A DNA stretch of 47,605 nucleotides from Promethearchaeota archaeon (GCA_016930515.1 JAFGGO010000045.1:1-47605); one strand, 5' to 3'. Shown: positions 20,169-30,294, counted from the stretch's first letter. Notes: a model not told the origin generated them from the letters alone. A program made the numbers and translations.

Positions 20169-21548
20169 ATGACAGATAAGATACTTGAAGAATTGGAAAA
20201 CATCGTAGGAAAAGAGTTTGTCTCGAATAATAAGGAAGAATTATATATATACTCCCAGGACCCAGGGGCCTCTATACCTCGTCCTGTTGATTATGTTGTA
20301 ATGCCTAAAACCACTAAAGAAGTTCAAGACATCGTAAAACTTGCAAATAAAGATAGATTTCCGATAATTCCCATGGGTGGAGGTCTCACATTAAGTGGTT
20401 TGACGATTCCGGTTAATGGAGGGATAGTTTTAGACATGAAAAGGATGGACGAAATAATCGAAATAAGCGAGTCAAGTAGATACGCTCTTATCGAACCGGG
20501 AGTTACTTCTGGACGGCTTTCATCCTATCTCAAGAACCATCATCCAACTCTGCAACCACCACTTCCAGACGCCCCTCCTTCTGTAACTATAGCAGGCAAC
20601 GCCTTAATTAACGGTTCTGGATATATTTCTCAAAGACACGGAGACCACGGTTCTTTAATTAACGGTTTAGAAGTCGTATTACCAACGGGAGAAATCGCGA
20701 AATTTGGATCAGCAGCCGTTTCGGATTATTGGTTTGCACGAGGACCAATACCCGATTTAGTTGGTTTATTTCTCAGTTCTTTTGGATCCTTGGGGGTTGT
20801 GACAAAACTCGCAATTCAATTGTTTCCTACACCGAAATTTAGGGATTTTGCTTTCGGATTGACGAAAGATCCGAAAAATCTATTAACATTGCTCCCTAAA
20901 ATCACCGAAACTGGTCTTCCTGAGGACGTCCTTTTAGGAACTCAAGATAAACCCGATTGGATGAAAGGTTATTTTTTCATTAACACCTACATTACCGCAG
21001 ATTCTGAAAAGGATATAGAAGAACAAAAAAGAAAGCTTAACAAAATATACGAAGAAAACGGCGCCCGAATGATGGAGGTTCCAGAAAATCTTCGCCAGTA
21101 TTATCTCATCAAGCCATTATTTGCGTCGAGTGCTGCGGATTTTAGAAAAGGCGGAGGATTTGAGTATGTTGGAGCAATGATGCCCCTCGAAAATGTTCCA
21201 GAAGCTTATTTAAAGGGGATTGAAGTATCAAGAAAGCACGGCATATTCACCACGATAGGCTCAAGGTTAATCAGTCAGACACATAACATTCTCGTGTTTT
21301 TTACATATCCTTTCAATAGGGCGGATCCTAAAGACATCGAGAACGCTCGCAATGCACTTCACGATACCAATAAGTTCGTTTTGGAAATGGGGGGAATCCC
21401 TTGGAAAGCAGAATTAGGAGCTCAAAAAATGATTCTCGAGAAAATGAATCCCGGGTTTAAAAAAGTATTGAAATCAATTAAAAATTTATTAGATCCTAAT
21501 AACATCATGAATCCTGGAAACTGGGAGGTCAAAAAAAATGACGCTTGA
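20169..21548 (+). CDS. FAD-binding oxidoreductase, GlcD/D-lactate dehydrogenase family
   Basis: PMGGGLTLSG, GGIVLDMKRM, GLEVVLPTGE, GSLGVVTK, DPNNIMNPG. Confidence 0.88.
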   Translation: MTDKILEELENIVGKEFVSNNKEELYIYSQDPGASIPRPVDYVVMPKTTKEVQDIVKLANKDRFPIIPMGGGLTLSGLTIPVNGGIVLDMKRMDEIIEISESSRYALIEPGVTSGRLSSYLKNHHPTLQPPLPDAPPSVTIAGNALINGSGYISQRHGDHGSLINGLEVVLPTGEIAKFGSAAVSDYWFARGPIPDLVGLFLSSFGSLGVVTKLAIQLFPTPKFRDFAFGLTKDPKNLLTLLPKITETGLPEDVLLGTQDKPDWMKGYFFINTYITADSEKDIEEQKRKLNKIYEENGARMMEVPENLRQYYLIKPLFASSAADFRKGGGFEYVGAMMPLENVPEAYLKGIEVSRKHGIFTTIGSRLISQTHNILVFFTYPFNRADPKDIENARNALHDTNKFVLEMGGIPWKAELGAQKMILEKMNPGFKKVLKSIKNLLDPNNIMNPGNWEVKKNDA

Positions 21549-22698
21549 AGAATATAAAGATATAATCCACAGGTGTTTCAGGTGCGGTTATTGTAAATTT
21601 AGCTACGACTTTTCGGATTTTAATTGTCCCGCTTATAAAAAATATCGCTTTGAATCGTACAGTTCAGGTGGAAAGATGTGGCTTATTCACGGGATTCTCA
21701 ACAACGAGCTCCAGTGGAGCGAGAACATAGCGAAGATCTTATTTTCTTGCTCAACGTGTGGAAATTGCGTTGAAAATTGTCGATTCGATAAGTTTAACGA
21801 GCATTGGGTTGATATCATTGAAGCGGCTCGCTCTGAAGCGGTTAAAAACGGTTTCTGTCTTGAAGCTCAAAAAAAACTGTCAGAAAGAACAAGCAATGAG
21901 GATTATTATAATCCATATGGTGAAAAACATTCAAACAATGAAAACCTGAAAAAACAATATAATTTACCAGATAAAGCAGAATGGGTTTATTTCATTGGGT
22001 GTACTTCAAATTATCGACAACAAACGCTTAGAGACGCAACAATTCGATTCTTGAAAAAAGCGAAAATTGATTTTACGATCATTAATGAGCGTTGCTGCAC
22101 GAGCCCGTTAATCAGGACCGGACAAATTGACGAAGTTAGGGATTTTATGAATTATAACATCGAAGCAATTAAGAAAGCGGGAGCTTCGAAGGTCATTACT
22201 TCTTGCGCGGGATGCTATAAGACAATTAAAAACGACTTTAGAAAACAAGGAGTAGAGCACAATCTTGAGATATATCACACTTCAGAATTAATTAAAAAAT
22301 TACTAGACGACGGGAAGATAGAAATTCAATCGGGTTTCGATAAGACCATCACATACCACGACCCTTGTCACGTCGGCAGGCACTCTGGGTTATACGATAC
22401 ACCAAGAGCCGTCTATCAATCAATACCAGGTGTTAAAATGGTCGAGATGAGAAGAAATAGGGAAAATTCTTGGTGTTGTGGTGCCGGAGGAGGAGTAAAA
22501 ATAGGATTCCCCGATTGGGCCTTGGAAGTTTCAAAAGAGCGCGTGCTCGAGGCAAAAGATACGGGAGCAACTATATTAACATCAATATGTCCTTTCTGCA
22601 AAACGAATTTAAGCGACGCTAATAGGGAATATAACCTTGGTCTGGAAATATTAGATTTAGTGGAAATATTAGATCAATTGGAAATAAAAACCAAATGA
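21538..22698 (+). CDS. Fe-S oxidoreductase with two CCG domains (GlcF/HdrD-like)
   Basis: CFRCGYC, CSTCGNCVENC, ERCC, TSCAGC, YHDPCH, CCGAGGG, CPFC. Confidence 0.9.
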   Translation: MTLEEYKDIIHRCFRCGYCKFSYDFSDFNCPAYKKYRFESYSSGGKMWLIHGILNNELQWSENIAKILFSCSTCGNCVENCRFDKFNEHWVDIIEAARSEAVKNGFCLEAQKKLSERTSNEDYYNPYGEKHSNNENLKKQYNLPDKAEWVYFIGCTSNYRQQTLRDATIRFLKKAKIDFTIINERCCTSPLIRTGQIDEVRDFMNYNIEAIKKAGASKVITSCAGCYKTIKNDFRKQGVEHNLEIYHTSELIKKLLDDGKIEIQSGFDKTITYHDPCHVGRHSGLYDTPRAVYQSIPGVKMVEMRRNRENSWCCGAGGGVKIGFPDWALEVSKERVLEAKDTGATILTSICPFCKTNLSDANREYNLGLEILDLVEILDQLEIKTK

Positions 22699-22772
22699 AA
22701 TTTTTTTTATTAATTTTAAATCTCAATTCTAATCTCAAATAGTTAGGAAAATAGATAAAATACTATAAGTAT

Positions 22773-23806
22773 TCAATCCAAGTTGTCGTATCTATAGGTA
22801 TCTGGAAAGGATAGCACAAAGTCTTCTCCAAATGCCATTGAAGGAGTTAAACTGCCTACTGGTTTGGATTTAAGGATTCTCTCCACGCACATAACTCCAC
22901 TTATAAAAGTAAAACGATAGGGTTCTATGGTTTCTAACCAAGCTTCTGCTTTATCACCTTCCTTGTTCATTGCACACACCCAGATGTGTGATCTCCCTTC
23001 GTTCCTAACTTTTTCTCCTGGACCATATACATTTTTATCAATCCACTCAAAAATTTGATCTTTTGGAGATTTGCTCGTGTTTGTTACTGATGATTGACTG
23101 GTTTTTAAAACGGAGGAAAGATGTTTTGAAAAAGGCATATATGTCGTGATGTTGGGGATACCTGTGGTTTTATAAGCAGTAGATAAATCCCCCCATGATA
23201 CTGGAAATACCACTCGTAGAAACGAATTTTTTTCAAGGGATCGTAATCTGATTTTTTGACAAGTAACCCATTTCTTCTGAAAAAAGTTCCGTTTGAAAGT
23301 GTCTCCACGGTAGTTTTAAGCGTACCCCTGCTAATTTCGTTCATGCCAGAAATTGCAATGTCCAAACGATCTGAATCCTGCACTTTTTTGCTAATATAAC
23401 TTGCCATACAGTCGGTTGGCAGTACATCAAAACCAACCCCTGAAATGATCGCAATTGAAGCGTCCTTTGCATCTTGATGATATTGAAAATTTTGCTCAAA
23501 AACGGATATTTCTCCAGTTATATCTATATAATTCGTACCGACTTTGAGGTAAGCTTCAACTAAAGCATTGCTCGTCTGCTTAAATGGACCCGCAGCGTTT
23601 AAAACTATCTCAAATTCTTTTAATAAATCTTTTAGCTTTTGCTGGTCGTTTAGATCAAATACCAGATATTCTAATCCTAATGATTTTGATATTTCTGTAA
23701 CCTTATCTTGAGATCGTCCAGCCAAGACAGGTTCATAACCCCTTTTATGAGCCTCTTGTGCTATTAACGAACCCGAATAACCATAAGCACCATAATTCAT
23801 CCACAT
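22773..23806 (-). pseudogene. Frameshifted saccharopine-dehydrogenase-like (trans-acting enoyl reductase family) oxidoreductase
   Basis: The N-half (YGAYGYSG, NAAGPF, YIDITGE, GFDVLPTD, SRGT) and the C-half (SWGDLSTAY, GSLTPSMAFG) lie in different frames; switch near 23215. Confidence 0.8.
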
Positions 23807-23870
23807 AATATCATAAAAATAAAATTTTTTACTAAAATAGAAAAAAAAACTGTAAAAAAAGTTAAGTGTT

Positions 23871-24107
23871 TTATTTTACAGCTTCAAAATAAATATACCA
23901 TTGTTCGTCGTCCTCGAGATACTCCGTTCCCAAGTGCTTGTGTTTTGTTTTAGCCAAGTCTCTCGGGACAGAATCACTTGCAGGCTTGTAATCCGTTATT
24001 ACCTTTAACACTTGTCCTGGCCTCATGGTTCTTAATTGCTTTTTAGTTTTCAAAGCAGGAACCGGACAAACCAAACCACATACATTTAATTCTTGGTCAT
24101 ATTTCAT
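23871..24107 (-). CDS. tusA: TusA/SirA-family sulfur carrier
   Basis: LNVCGLVCPVP (CPxP), GQVLKVITD. Confidence 0.9.
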   Translation of the reverse strand: MKYDQELNVCGLVCPVPALKTKKQLRTMRPGQVLKVITDYKPASDSVPRDLAKTKHKHLGTEYLEDDEQWYIYFEAVK

Positions 24108-24132
24108 TTATTATATCATTCCTCCTTATTTT

Positions 24133-26604
24133 TTAATCGCATATAGCGCTAAAGACTGGTTCTTCCAAAGCTGGCGCGATTTTCATATTTAGCTTTTGTT
24201 GTTGTACTAGTCTTAGAGCCTCATATCTAACTTTTTTAGGTTCCATTGCAAGATTTTCCGATATTTTCGTTATTGTTAATGGTCCTTCAAGATTCACATA
24301 ATCAAGTATCTTCTGTCGGGGTGTTGTTTCAAATCTTAATAATTCACGCTTTGATTTGATATTTATTGCACTTTGGATCTTTTCCTCGTTGATGCTTCCA
24401 ATCTCAAATAAACCTTTCTTGATAGCTGTTTCAACAATTTCTTTCCCCTTTTCCGTCCAAGCTATAACCGTCGTATATCCTTTTTTAGAACCAATATCTC
24501 CTGCTGCAAGATCGGCATGAGAGGCAGGAAAATCCTGGCAATGAGAGCAGTAATTATTGCAATTTAAACATCGTTGTGCCTCCGAAATCGCTCTTTCTTC
24601 GTTGAACATTCCTTCTATTTGCTTAAAATTGTTAAGAAAATCCTCTGAGACGGGTTCTTGGTGTTCTGGTTTAGGTGCCCTAAATTTCGGGATCCTTTTA
24701 GGACCATACGAAAATAGTTTTGATTGCTTCACGCGCCCTTTCTCGAGATCTTTCCCTTTTAAATATCGATCAATAGAGAGAGCAGCTTCTTTTGCTTGAG
24801 CAACTGCCGAAATGACAACGCCTTTTGAATTCTGGATCATGTCTCCAGCAGCAAAAATTCCGGGCACATTCGATTCAAAGGTAATTTCGTTCACAACTAA
24901 TCGCCCCCTGTCTTTTTGGAGCTTATTATCTGTTGCTGCATCCAATTCCGAGAAATCCACTGTTTGACCTATCGCTTGAATTAAAACATCAATGTTTAGC
25001 TTGAACTCTGAGTTTTCAATTACGATTGGTTGGGGTCTCCCAGACGAGTCCGGCTTCCCAAGGTCCATTTCTACACATTCTAACTCGCTGCAACACCCAT
25101 TTTCATCCCCGATAATACAAACGGGGTTTGTAAGAAATTTGAATTCAATGTTTTCCCTTTTAACCATTTCTATCTCTTCGTCTGATGCGGGCATTTGATC
25201 CTCAGATCGGCGATATAAGATAATGACTTTTTTAGCTCCAAGCCTTACCGCCGTTCTTGCCGAATCCATCGCCACATCTCCTCCACCAACGACTCCAACG
25301 ATTTTATCTTTGACTAGGTTGCTCATAATTTTCTTGCTTTCTTCTGATTTTTTTACCATTTTTAAGAAATCAACGCCCTCAAAGACGTTTTTCAGGTCAT
25401 TTCCCTCAATGCTCATGCTAAAACCGTTTTGTAAACCAATTCCAACAAAAAAGGCTTTATAACCTTCCTTTTTCAGATCCGAAATGGTCAATTTAGAACC
25501 TATGGTTGTATTAGTGAGAATTTCCACACCTGCATTCTTTATAACCTGAATGTCATGCTCTAAAAATTCCTGCGTTAGTCGAAACTCAGGTACTCCATAT
25601 CTCAACATTCCACCTATTCGTGATGACTTCTCAAATATTGTTGGTGAATATCCCATTTTAGCAAGAAAGTATGCTGCTGTTAATCCTGAAGCACCTGATC
25701 CAATGATCGCTATTTTCTCTCCTTTATTTTTTGAGGATTTATCATATTTGGTAGTATTATTAATTTCCCAGTTGGCAGCGTTTTTTTTTAATTCTCGAAT
25801 AGCAATAGGGCTCTCAACACCCATGAGCGTGCAATTATGTTCGCATTCGTTAGTACATATTTGACCACAAACGGAAGGTAAGGGATTATTTTTACGGATT
25901 AGATCCATTGCATCTTTAAATTTTGATTGACGGATCAGGTCAATATAACCTCTTGCGTCAACATCAGCAGGACATCCACTACAACAAGGTGAACACATTA
26001 TACCTTGATCTGTCTTAAAAGATCGCATTCCAGCGTTACAAAATAAGCCAATTTTGAGAATATCTTTATTCAATAGATTTTGAATATTAGAAACACCTCT
26101 CATTTCGCACGGCACTCCAACGATCCCGATTTTTTCAAGAGGATTTTCAAGAGTTTGAATCAATTTTGATAAGACATTCGGACGACCATAAATTGAACCT
26201 GCGGATTGAATTACATCTTCGACTTTAGAAGTAGAAATCGCTCTTGGGATTTCATTATCGTTTTGAACCAAGACCACATTGGTCAATTCATTTTTTTCTA
26301 ATAATTTTTTAACTATTGTCGTCACGAAACCTCCGCTTGAGGCATTTTTTTGAATTTCAGGATCCTTCGTTCTTAAGGAGTATATTCCCTTTGGGATCCT
26401 TGGTTCAAATTTTTTTTGTATTACTTGTGGACAACTATTATAGCATTTTCCGCACTCCACCCCTTCTCTGTCTAAAACGCAGTAATCCTTCAACTCTGGC
26501 TTGAAACCCTCAAATTTGATGTGCTTGCACAAGCCTTCACATAAACCACACCCTTGACAGAGCCCTACATCAATGATCTTGCTTTTTAACATTTGAAAAC
26601 TCAT
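24133..26604 (-). CDS. Fusion protein: ferredoxin + FrhB/FdhB-like flavoprotein with inserted GltD/NfnB(SudA)-like domain + C-terminal wHTH
   Basis: CQGCGLC/CGKCYNSCP; FrhB motifs GGFVT, VGVPC, IGLFC and later CSHCQDF..ADLAAG..GYTTVIAWTEKG; GltD motifs PCCSGCP, CGQIC..CEHNC, GSGASG, GGMLRYGVP, GGGDVAMD, YRR, FAAGD, RCLNC. Confidence 0.88.
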   Translation of the reverse strand: MSFQMLKSKIIDVGLCQGCGLCEGLCKHIKFEGFKPELKDYCVLDREGVECGKCYNSCPQVIQKKFEPRIPKGIYSLRTKDPEIQKNASSGGFVTTIVKKLLEKNELTNVVLVQNDNEIPRAISTSKVEDVIQSAGSIYGRPNVLSKLIQTLENPLEKIGIVGVPCEMRGVSNIQNLLNKDILKIGLFCNAGMRSFKTDQGIMCSPCCSGCPADVDARGYIDLIRQSKFKDAMDLIRKNNPLPSVCGQICTNECEHNCTLMGVESPIAIRELKKNAANWEINNTTKYDKSSKNKGEKIAIIGSGASGLTAAYFLAKMGYSPTIFEKSSRIGGMLRYGVPEFRLTQEFLEHDIQVIKNAGVEILTNTTIGSKLTISDLKKEGYKAFFVGIGLQNGFSMSIEGNDLKNVFEGVDFLKMVKKSEESKKIMSNLVKDKIVGVVGGGDVAMDSARTAVRLGAKKVIILYRRSEDQMPASDEEIEMVKRENIEFKFLTNPVCIIGDENGCCSELECVEMDLGKPDSSGRPQPIVIENSEFKLNIDVLIQAIGQTVDFSELDAATDNKLQKDRGRLVVNEITFESNVPGIFAAGDMIQNSKGVVISAVAQAKEAALSIDRYLKGKDLEKGRVKQSKLFSYGPKRIPKFRAPKPEHQEPVSEDFLNNFKQIEGMFNEERAISEAQRCLNCNNYCSHCQDFPASHADLAAGDIGSKKGYTTVIAWTEKGKEIVETAIKKGLFEIGSINEEKIQSAINIKSKRELLRFETTPRQKILDYVNLEGPLTITKISENLAMEPKKVRYEALRLVQQQKLNMKIAPALEEPVFSAICD

Positions 26605-26608
26605 AAAA

Positions 26609-27847
26609 TTATTCCTCCTTAATTTTTATTTTTGTGATTACGCCTTTTGAATCGATTCCAAATTCTATTCTTCCATTTTTATAATTTCCTTCGAAAATCT
26701 CAAATGATTGAGATTTATACTCTTCAAAATCATTCAATTCTCCAACAGGCGTTTTAAAACCACCAAAAAATACATTAGACAAGTTCATATTACCCGCAAT
26801 CCTCCTTATTTCGCTTGTTATATTTTCGTATTTATTAGCGTCCTGATCTTTCATTGCGGTTTTAAGTTGATTTTCTAAGTTCTTAAGGTCTTTTCTATAT
26901 TGAACAGTTTTTTCACTCACATCAATTCCAGTTCCTTTTTCATAAGCTTCAATTAAACTCAATGTCAGGGATATGGCGTTTTCTCCACCTAAAAGACCAG
27001 TTATTAATGGAGCTTCTTCGATTAACCTGTCAACGAAAATATCTTCTAAGACACTCCCCTTTGAAGGAATTTTTCCTTTTGGTAGTCCAGATGTTGGGAG
27101 CGTGAATCGGAAGAAATTTCCGACCACATCTGGGAGACTTTCAGTTACATCGTCATCTTCGTCGGATAATTTATCTGTTGCCCCGTATTTTGAAGCTTCG
27201 GTTGCAACTTCTACATTCCCCATAAGCGTTCCAAACATCCCAAGCATTCTAATGCCCGAGCGCGGAACCATCGGCTTGCACCCTCGACATTGTGTTCCAT
27301 AATCTATACATCTTTCCTTGCATTCAGTCGAAACATATCCATTGCAGAGAAAACCTTGATCGTTAAAGCACATTTCTTCGTCTTCAAATGGATCGATTTG
27401 TCTCTTGACTTCGTCCAGAAATTCACAAGTGGATTTTCGCTTGCAAGATTGACACAATGCTTTCAATTTAGGCTTCTCTTCTCCCTTAATTTCTGATTTT
27501 AATTCCTCGACTTCGGCAAGACATCCATTTATCTTTGTAGTACCTTCAAAATATTTATCTATTGGTGTTATGCTCCATCCTTTTTGATTTGCAAGTCCAA
27601 AAACGCCTCCTGTTGTGGTACAATCTCCATATGCAATAATTTGCTTAGCGCTCGAACCAATCTTCGATATTTTTTCTTTATCTTCTGGCAGCAAATATCC
27701 ACACACGATGGCCACATCAATTTTTTCTTCTTTCCAATTTCTCGGATTTTGAACGAGTTCTAATTGTATCGACGAATCTTTTTTCAATAAGAGAGTTTCA
27801 TTGAAACATTTCTTGCAACCGTTAAATTGAAACGCTTTAACTTTCAT
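26609..27847 (-). CDS. MvhG/VhuG-like Fe-S subunit fused to a vestigial NiFe large-subunit (MvhA-like) segment
   Basis: GCKKC, YGDCTTTGG, NGC, LCQSC, CFNDQGFLCNG..C...C......CRGC; C-terminal region IEEAPLITG...GGFKTP; ATG 27847 overlaps the mvhD stop. Confidence 0.8.
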   Translation of the reverse strand: MKVKAFQFNGCKKCFNETLLLKKDSSIQLELVQNPRNWKEEKIDVAIVCGYLLPEDKEKISKIGSSAKQIIAYGDCTTTGGVFGLANQKGWSITPIDKYFEGTTKINGCLAEVEELKSEIKGEEKPKLKALCQSCKRKSTCEFLDEVKRQIDPFEDEEMCFNDQGFLCNGYVSTECKERCIDYGTQCRGCKPMVPRSGIRMLGMFGTLMGNVEVATEASKYGATDKLSDEDDDVTESLPDVVGNFFRFTLPTSGLPKGKIPSKGSVLEDIFVDRLIEEAPLITGLLGGENAISLTLSLIEAYEKGTGIDVSEKTVQYRKDLKNLENQLKTAMKDQDANKYENITSEIRRIAGNMNLSNVFFGGFKTPVGELNDFEEYKSQSFEIFEGNYKNGRIEFGIDSKGVITKIKIKEE

Positions 27848-28280
27848 TTTCAAACTTTCCTCCGTCATTAATTGCTGCACACAATCGTTCCACGATATCA
27901 TCAAAATCTCCAACCGCCGTTTCACCTTCTGCGGCTCTTGAAGTATATTGATTCACGAATTGATCGCTATACCCTAATTCCTTAAAAAGTTTTTTCATTA
28001 TTTTTATCCTGCGCATTGCTATGAAATTCCCATTAAAAAAATGACAGGCGCCTAAGCAACACCCCACGCAAGCAACGGAATCTGCACCATTATTTAGCGC
28101 ATCCATTATCTGTATTGGACCAACTTGACCCGTACATTGAACTCTTACGATTCTGATCGCAGGATCGTATTCCATCCTTCCAACCCCTGCAGTATTTGCA
28201 GAGCCTTGACCACATTCATTGCACATAAATACGACAATATTTTCATATCCTTCACATTTGGCAGCTTCACATTCATTCAT
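27837..28280 (-). CDS. mvhD: MvhD/FlpD [2Fe-2S] subunit
   Basis: FMCNEC, IRIVRVQCTG, GADSV..VGCCLGACHF.NGN; SD GGAGGTG upstream of ATG 28280. Confidence 0.92.
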   Translation of the reverse strand: MNECEAAKCEGYENIVVFMCNECGQGSANTAGVGRMEYDPAIRIVRVQCTGQVGPIQIMDALNNGADSVACVGCCLGACHFFNGNFIAMRRIKIMKKLFKELGYSDQFVNQYTSRAAEGETAVGDFDDIVERLCAAINDGGKFENES

Positions 28281-30294
28281 TACAAACAACACCTCCACCA
28301 GATATTGGAATGATCTCGTAAAGCAGTTGGTCGTCGCTAAAATTAAGCAATTGTATGGCACCAACAGGACACGCAGGCATACACATCCCACATGATTTAC
28401 AAGCAACTTCGTTAATCACGGGTCTTCCATTATCGTTCCATTTAATTGCAGACGGATTACATGCTGTAATACACATTCCACAATCTACGCATAATTCATA
28501 ATCGATTGAAGGAATTAGCATTTCCTTTTCGATGTATCCTTTTACTAAATGCTGAGAGGCAAGAGCAGCAGCATTGCCAGCATGTGCCACGGATTCGGAT
28601 ATATCCTTGGGACCTTGAATGGCACCTGCCAAGTAAATCCCGCCTTTGCTACTTGCCGTTGGATTCATCTTGATGTGAAATTCTTTAAAGAATCCTTCTT
28701 TTGAGCGTAGAATTTGAAGTTTTGATCCAAGCGGCCCTATTCCTTGAGGAGGAACCATGGCTGCCGACAAAACAACTAAATCAGCTTTAAGTCTTAATGG
28801 GATTTGGCTTAAAGTATCCTCTACGATGACATGTAAGTCACCAGATATAGGATCCTTTAATATCTCAGATGGTCGACCTCTTATAAATCGCACTCCTTTT
28901 TCTTGGGCACTCATGTAATATTCTTCAAAGTTTAATCCTGGTGTCCGCATATCAATATAACAAATTGTTACATCAGCATCGGGATACATGTCTTTTACGA
29001 TTCCGGCGTTTTTAGTAGCGAATTTACAACAAACTCCAGTGCAATATTTATTTCCAACCTGTTCGTTTCGACTTCCAACACATTGAATCATTACAATCTT
29101 TTTCGGAATTTTTCCGTCCGATGGTCTCATTACCTCGCTTCCCGTCATAGTAGTGGGTCCAAGCATTCTTTCCAATTGTAACTGAGTAATGACATCATCG
29201 TATCCTACTTTTCCATAATGATAAGCTTCGATCTCGCTCGGATCGTACTCTTCGTATCCAACGGCTACGACTATTGATCCAACCTTGAAACTTTTTATTT
29301 CTGGTTTCTCGGAGAAATCAATAGCTTGAACCGGACAAATATTAATGCAAGTATTGCATTCAATGCAATCCTTTTTGGAACGAACAAAAGTTGAAGGAAT
29401 GGCCTGGGGATAAGCCTTATATATCGCAGTGCGCGTTGACATTCCCTTGTCCCATTCTGATAGTACTTCCACAGGACAATTAGCAGCACATTCTCCACAT
29501 GAAGTACAGTTATCCTTCACATATCGTGGTTTAATTTCGATTTCAACTTCAAAATTGCCCATCGAACCTTCAACACTCTTGATTTGAGAATTTGTAAAAA
29601 GCTGTATTAGAGGATGATTAGCAACGCCGTTTGTTAACGGGGAGATGCTACATTGTGGACATTCGTTCGTTGGAAATGTTTTGTTCAACCTCGTCATATG
29701 GCCCCCTATTGTCGACTCCCTCTCGACTAAATAGACGGGAATTCCTAATTCGGCCATATCGTAAGCAGCTCGTAGACCAGCAATTCCAGCACCTACGACC
29801 AAAGCCGCTTTTGTTGTTGGAATTTTTTTCGTCTCTACTTCTTTTAACTTTCGAGCTCGATTTATTCCTGCCTCAACCATTTTCATTGCCTTGTTGGTTG
29901 CCTTATCTTTTTCTTTATTATGAACCCAACTGCAAAACTCTCTAATATTTACTTGTTGATGCAAGTGCTTGTTTAAACCCATTTCTTCGATGGCTTTGGC
30001 AAAAGTTCTTCCGTGTTGATTTTTTGAACAGGAAGCAACCACCGATTTATTCACGCCTTTTTCTTTTATGGCTTCTTTTAATAATTCAACTCCAGGTTTG
30101 GAACACATGAACATATAATGCTTTGCTTCCACTACATTAGGTAAAGTTCCTGCATATTCAGCAACCTTCTCAACATCAACAGTTCCTGCAATATTATGAC
30201 CACAATGACATACAAACACACCAATCCTAGGTTCTTCTTCACCTTCTGCTTGTTTTTCGATTTTTGCTTTTATCTCATTTTTTTTAACAACCAT
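28273..30294 (-). CDS. hdrA: Heterodisulfide reductase subunit A
   Basis: RIGVFVCHCG.NIAG, NIREFCSWVH, GAGIAG, KTFPTNEC..C, IQCVGSR...YCTGVCC, GPKDI, C-terminal ferredoxin motifs. Confidence 0.97.
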   Translation of the reverse strand: MVVKKNEIKAKIEKQAEGEEEPRIGVFVCHCGHNIAGTVDVEKVAEYAGTLPNVVEAKHYMFMCSKPGVELLKEAIKEKGVNKSVVASCSKNQHGRTFAKAIEEMGLNKHLHQQVNIREFCSWVHNKEKDKATNKAMKMVEAGINRARKLKEVETKKIPTTKAALVVGAGIAGLRAAYDMAELGIPVYLVERESTIGGHMTRLNKTFPTNECPQCSISPLTNGVANHPLIQLFTNSQIKSVEGSMGNFEVEIEIKPRYVKDNCTSCGECAANCPVEVLSEWDKGMSTRTAIYKAYPQAIPSTFVRSKKDCIECNTCINICPVQAIDFSEKPEIKSFKVGSIVVAVGYEEYDPSEIEAYHYGKVGYDDVITQLQLERMLGPTTMTGSEVMRPSDGKIPKKIVMIQCVGSRNEQVGNKYCTGVCCKFATKNAGIVKDMYPDADVTICYIDMRTPGLNFEEYYMSAQEKGVRFIRGRPSEILKDPISGDLHVIVEDTLSQIPLRLKADLVVLSAAMVPPQGIGPLGSKLQILRSKEGFFKEFHIKMNPTASSKGGIYLAGAIQGPKDISESVAHAGNAAALASQHLVKGYIEKEMLIPSIDYELCVDCGMCITACNPSAIKWNDNGRPVINEVACKSCGMCMPACPVGAIQLLNFSDDQLLYEIIPISGGGVVCNE

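Noticed and set aside
23200-23240. Intron or programmed frameshift in the saccharopine-dehydrogenase-like gene
   Set aside because: The junction appears to lack residues rather than carry extra sequence, no BHB fold was seen, and other substitutions suggest decay.
27837-30294. Selenocysteine in HdrA/MvhD (known selenoprotein families in Lokiarchaeia)
   Set aside because: Both ORFs are uninterrupted with Cys at the motif positions. The hdrA terminal TGA is followed by ATG TGA, so readthrough adds nothing.
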